Of a stretch of 64,000 nucleotides of DNA, positions 61,223 through 64,000 are shown piece by piece. Positions within the stretch are counted from its first letter, which is position 1, and each line of letters begins with the position of its first letter. A program made the translations under genes and the position numbers. This stretch comes from Penicillus capitatus (taxonomy: Eukaryota; Plantae; Chlorophyta), in assembly GCA_965649825.1 (NCBI GenBank), contig OZ287694.1, positions 2,430,902-2,494,901 of the forward strand. The letters run 5' to 3'. Under the pieces are notes generated by a model that was not told the origin of the DNA, made no database searches, and saw nothing but the letters and a program-made list of their open reading frames with translations.

Positions 61223-63435
61223 ATGCGGTCGTCTTTCGGTAAGCGATCGATTACCATACCCCTGTCGCGTTCACACAGCGTGACAATCCAACAGGACATA
61301 GGGTTTCAAACGGGATAGAGTACGAAATCAAAGTGAACGAGTATCATGGACAGAAAGGCCTCATTCTGGTATGCTAACTACTCTTACCGTCCTCGATTTC
61401 GTCTCCGTTGTACTGACCCAATAACGGTACAGCTGGAAGTGCCGAAGGATCTCTTGCAGTTTCCCGAGAAAATCATGGAGACGGAAAAGATCTTGTTGTT
61501 GGGTTATGCCTGGTACGGTTGGTCTTACCTGAGCCGTCCTTGGCATTCCGATGTGACACATAGGACGGCTTGTGTGACCACGGCGAACGATGACACTCTG
61601 GAGGCGTATTTCTCTGCGCACAGTTCCGTGAGCACGCCGCCTCGACATTGTTCCTGGTGGATTAACGATCCTTCGACCGTTGCAAGTCATGTCACCTTGA
61701 TGTGACGTCTTATGAGTGTGAAAATGCATGGTGAAGGCAAGCAGTCTCTTCTAGAACAGGGAAGTCTTTTTGGAGGGAAGATTCAGAAAAGCCGTCTTCA
61801 GATCGGCAGCAACGCATCGGCGATCCTCACTTTCCATTTGGAACTGCAGGACCAGCCTCGTGACGAATTCTCCATCCGCACCGACGGCTCCGTCGCATAC
61901 TGCAAGGCGTCGTTGTCCCCCGACGCCCATATCCATTCCAGACGTCTTGTCTTCTGCAGTGGGCAGTGAGGCCGATCCCGGGAGAAGAAAACGGAGAGTA
62001 CTGGACGAAGACTTTCGAATTTGGTCAGCGGGACTGGTGCGTCGCGTTCCTTGCCCTTTAGAGATCGCTTTCGCATGTGTGGATGCTGAAGGGGTCTGTG
62101 GATGGTGGAACGTCAGGGAGCATGTCAGACGTTCTTTCTGCATCTTCCTTCAGAACTGGACAACACCTTCGTCGACTGTCGAGTCATTCTGTTCAATCGT
62201 ACCTTTCCAGATAAAAGCGTCGCCGCTCGTAAGCATGTGTTCGATGCCGTGGACCGCCGAGAGGTGACGGAGTGGGAATGCTGTCTAGGAAAGCAAGGAA
62301 GAGGATGGCTGCTCAAGATACCGACCGGCGATTTTCGTCTGAGCTTCTCTGACAGTCAGGAAGGGTTCTTACATGATGGTTGGTTACTGTTTGGACTGCG
62401 GATTGCCATTTTAGACAAGCAATCAGCATGCTTCCCCCATCCTCGGGCATTTGAACGGGCGATGGTTTCCGTCGAAGTGATCACAGACAGGCGCATCCGT
62501 GAGCATGTGGAGAACAGAGGGCTCTCCAGAGTCTTCCGCATTCCGCGAAGCAAAACGTACATCCTGCCGGTGCACGCACCGCTCGAGACTGTTCGAGAAA
62601 AGGCACGCCGTCAAGTAATGTCTCTCTTTCAGACGGGGTGTGCTGGCACAGATCGAGCGAGATGCTGGGCCACATGCAGTGCCGTCGACGACATGGCTGT
62701 GTCCTTCCCAGTCCAACGGCATCTTTGCCAGAGTCGTCTGTCTATGCGATCTCGAGGAATTGAAGCCATGTCTTGGCGAATTGGCGAGTCATGACGAGAA
62801 TCGGGATGATCATCCAACGCTGACGTTCTTCTTCCGAGAGTGCATAAGCGTTACCCTGATGCGATGGCCTCGTCAATCAGTTCTCCTTTTTGCTATGCTC
62901 CTGGATCCCATCGAGCAAAATGTCGAGTACCTTGGCAGTGTGTTCGCCCAGAGGAACACAAAACTCCACGTTCTGTGCTTTACGGATCTCTGTGGCCTTG
63001 ACCGTAAGCTAGAGAACATGGAGTGTACGTTCTTTATATGGGGCGAGACGGAGCAGCTCATGCCAATTCGGACATATCAGCAGACGGTGGAGAAAGTGCG
63101 TCGTCATGCCGTCGATGCTCATGCTGCATGGGCCGCGCCTTAGAGTGGGATGACGACCGGAAGTATCGTGATCGTCCGTCCGATGAACGATGGAGAAACG
63201 GTGACTTCGTCAAGCCTCGCTTTGGAACTCCAGAGCGTGTCTGGAGATCATCCCTTCCGTCATCGTATGACCGAGACGTCGAGCTCGACGCCAACAAATC
63301 AAACCGTACATTCATGTCTCGGCGATTCTCTCCGTTAACATGTGGACGGTGCAGTTCGTTCGTATGGAGAATTCAGTCGTTGACGGACAAGGCAGTGGGA
63401 CATTATCGAGTATCTTCCATGAAGACGAGGAGTAA
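61223..63435 (+). CDS. MATH-MATH-UBL protein derived from USP7/UBP12 without catalytic domain (paralogue C); multi-exon, one GC-AG intron
   Basis: Micro-exon ATGCGGTCGTCTTTCG|GT. METEKILLLGYAW, YWTKTFEFGQRDW, GFLHDGWLLFGLRI, FERAMVSVEVITDRRIREHV, TWLCPSQSNG, SVLLFAMLLDPIEQNVEYLGSVF. Confidence 0.75.
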
Positions 63436-64000
63436 TCTGTCGTCTACTGTTTGTTGCGAGAACTGTGGTGATGATGAGATGGGTCGATCGAAGCAATAAG
63501 AGAGATACGATCATTCAAGATGGCGCTCTCGCTGGCAGCGGAATGCATTTATTTTTCATTAGTTGGAGCCTCTGTTGGCTCTTCACATTCTCAAAGTTAT
63601 GAAGGTTCATACTTCGAAGGGCATTTGATGGGACGCTTCATTCATTCTAGAGGTATTGGGATCTCACAGATTTCTCTCACGATTGCATCTTCGATATAAG
63701 AACACACCGGGGGACGCATTGACACATCTGGTTGTCAACATTCGACATTGCGTGAAAGACGCGTTCTTTCCTTGTACAGAAGCAACACTTGTGTTGGTGG
63801 GTTCGTTTGACGTGCCTCTTGTTGTGCCAATGAACTCGCTTCGCACGGTCATCGTAGAATCCGTTAGTCTGTTTGCAACATCCGAAAGCCGTTCCATACA
63901 GTAATAATGACTCTATGGCAACAGCAACTCGATGCCTATGACTTATATGGCTCTCCAAACTCCTTCCAGCAGCTCGAGGCGCTGTAAAAACAATCTCTAA

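Noticed and set aside
63500-64000. 3' end of a further minus-strand gene (ORFs 63664-63897, 63677-63958)
   Set aside because: Too little sequence and no recognisable motif at the window edge.

Overview
Gene-dense nuclear DNA of a compact-genome eukaryote with short (mostly 40-60 nt) spliceosomal introns and the standard genetic code. ELIP, CGLD27, transit-peptide HemC and plant-type SUN/UBP1 genes point to a green alga (inference; the exact lineage cannot be set from this window). I reconstructed about 26 protein-coding genes by eye by joining exons across GT-AG introns. They include housekeeping genes (VPS2, TMEM184-like, HemC, BTAF1/Mot1, UBP1, eIF2-beta, RPS13, BCD1, NOP14), a Pmp-like beta-helix membrane protein and four SULT-type sulfotransferases. 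There is also a tRNA-Arg(CCG) and an intronic U43/snR70-type box C/D snoRNA. Two things stand out. (1) A 13.5-kb cluster of four paralogues at 49.9-63.4 kb: three look like USP7/UBP12 with the catalytic USP domain missing (MATH-MATH-UBL), one of these ends in an MDM2-type RING, and the fourth is a multi-MATH protein with tandem MDM2-type RINGs. This is a possible deubiquitinase-scaffold-to-E3-ligase or decoy system. (2) Two GCR1_C-like genes among the sulfotransferases, one with a Crypton-like N-terminal domain but no recombinase core, suggesting Crypton domestication. Domain calls come from motif recognition, not database searches, and splice models are untested.
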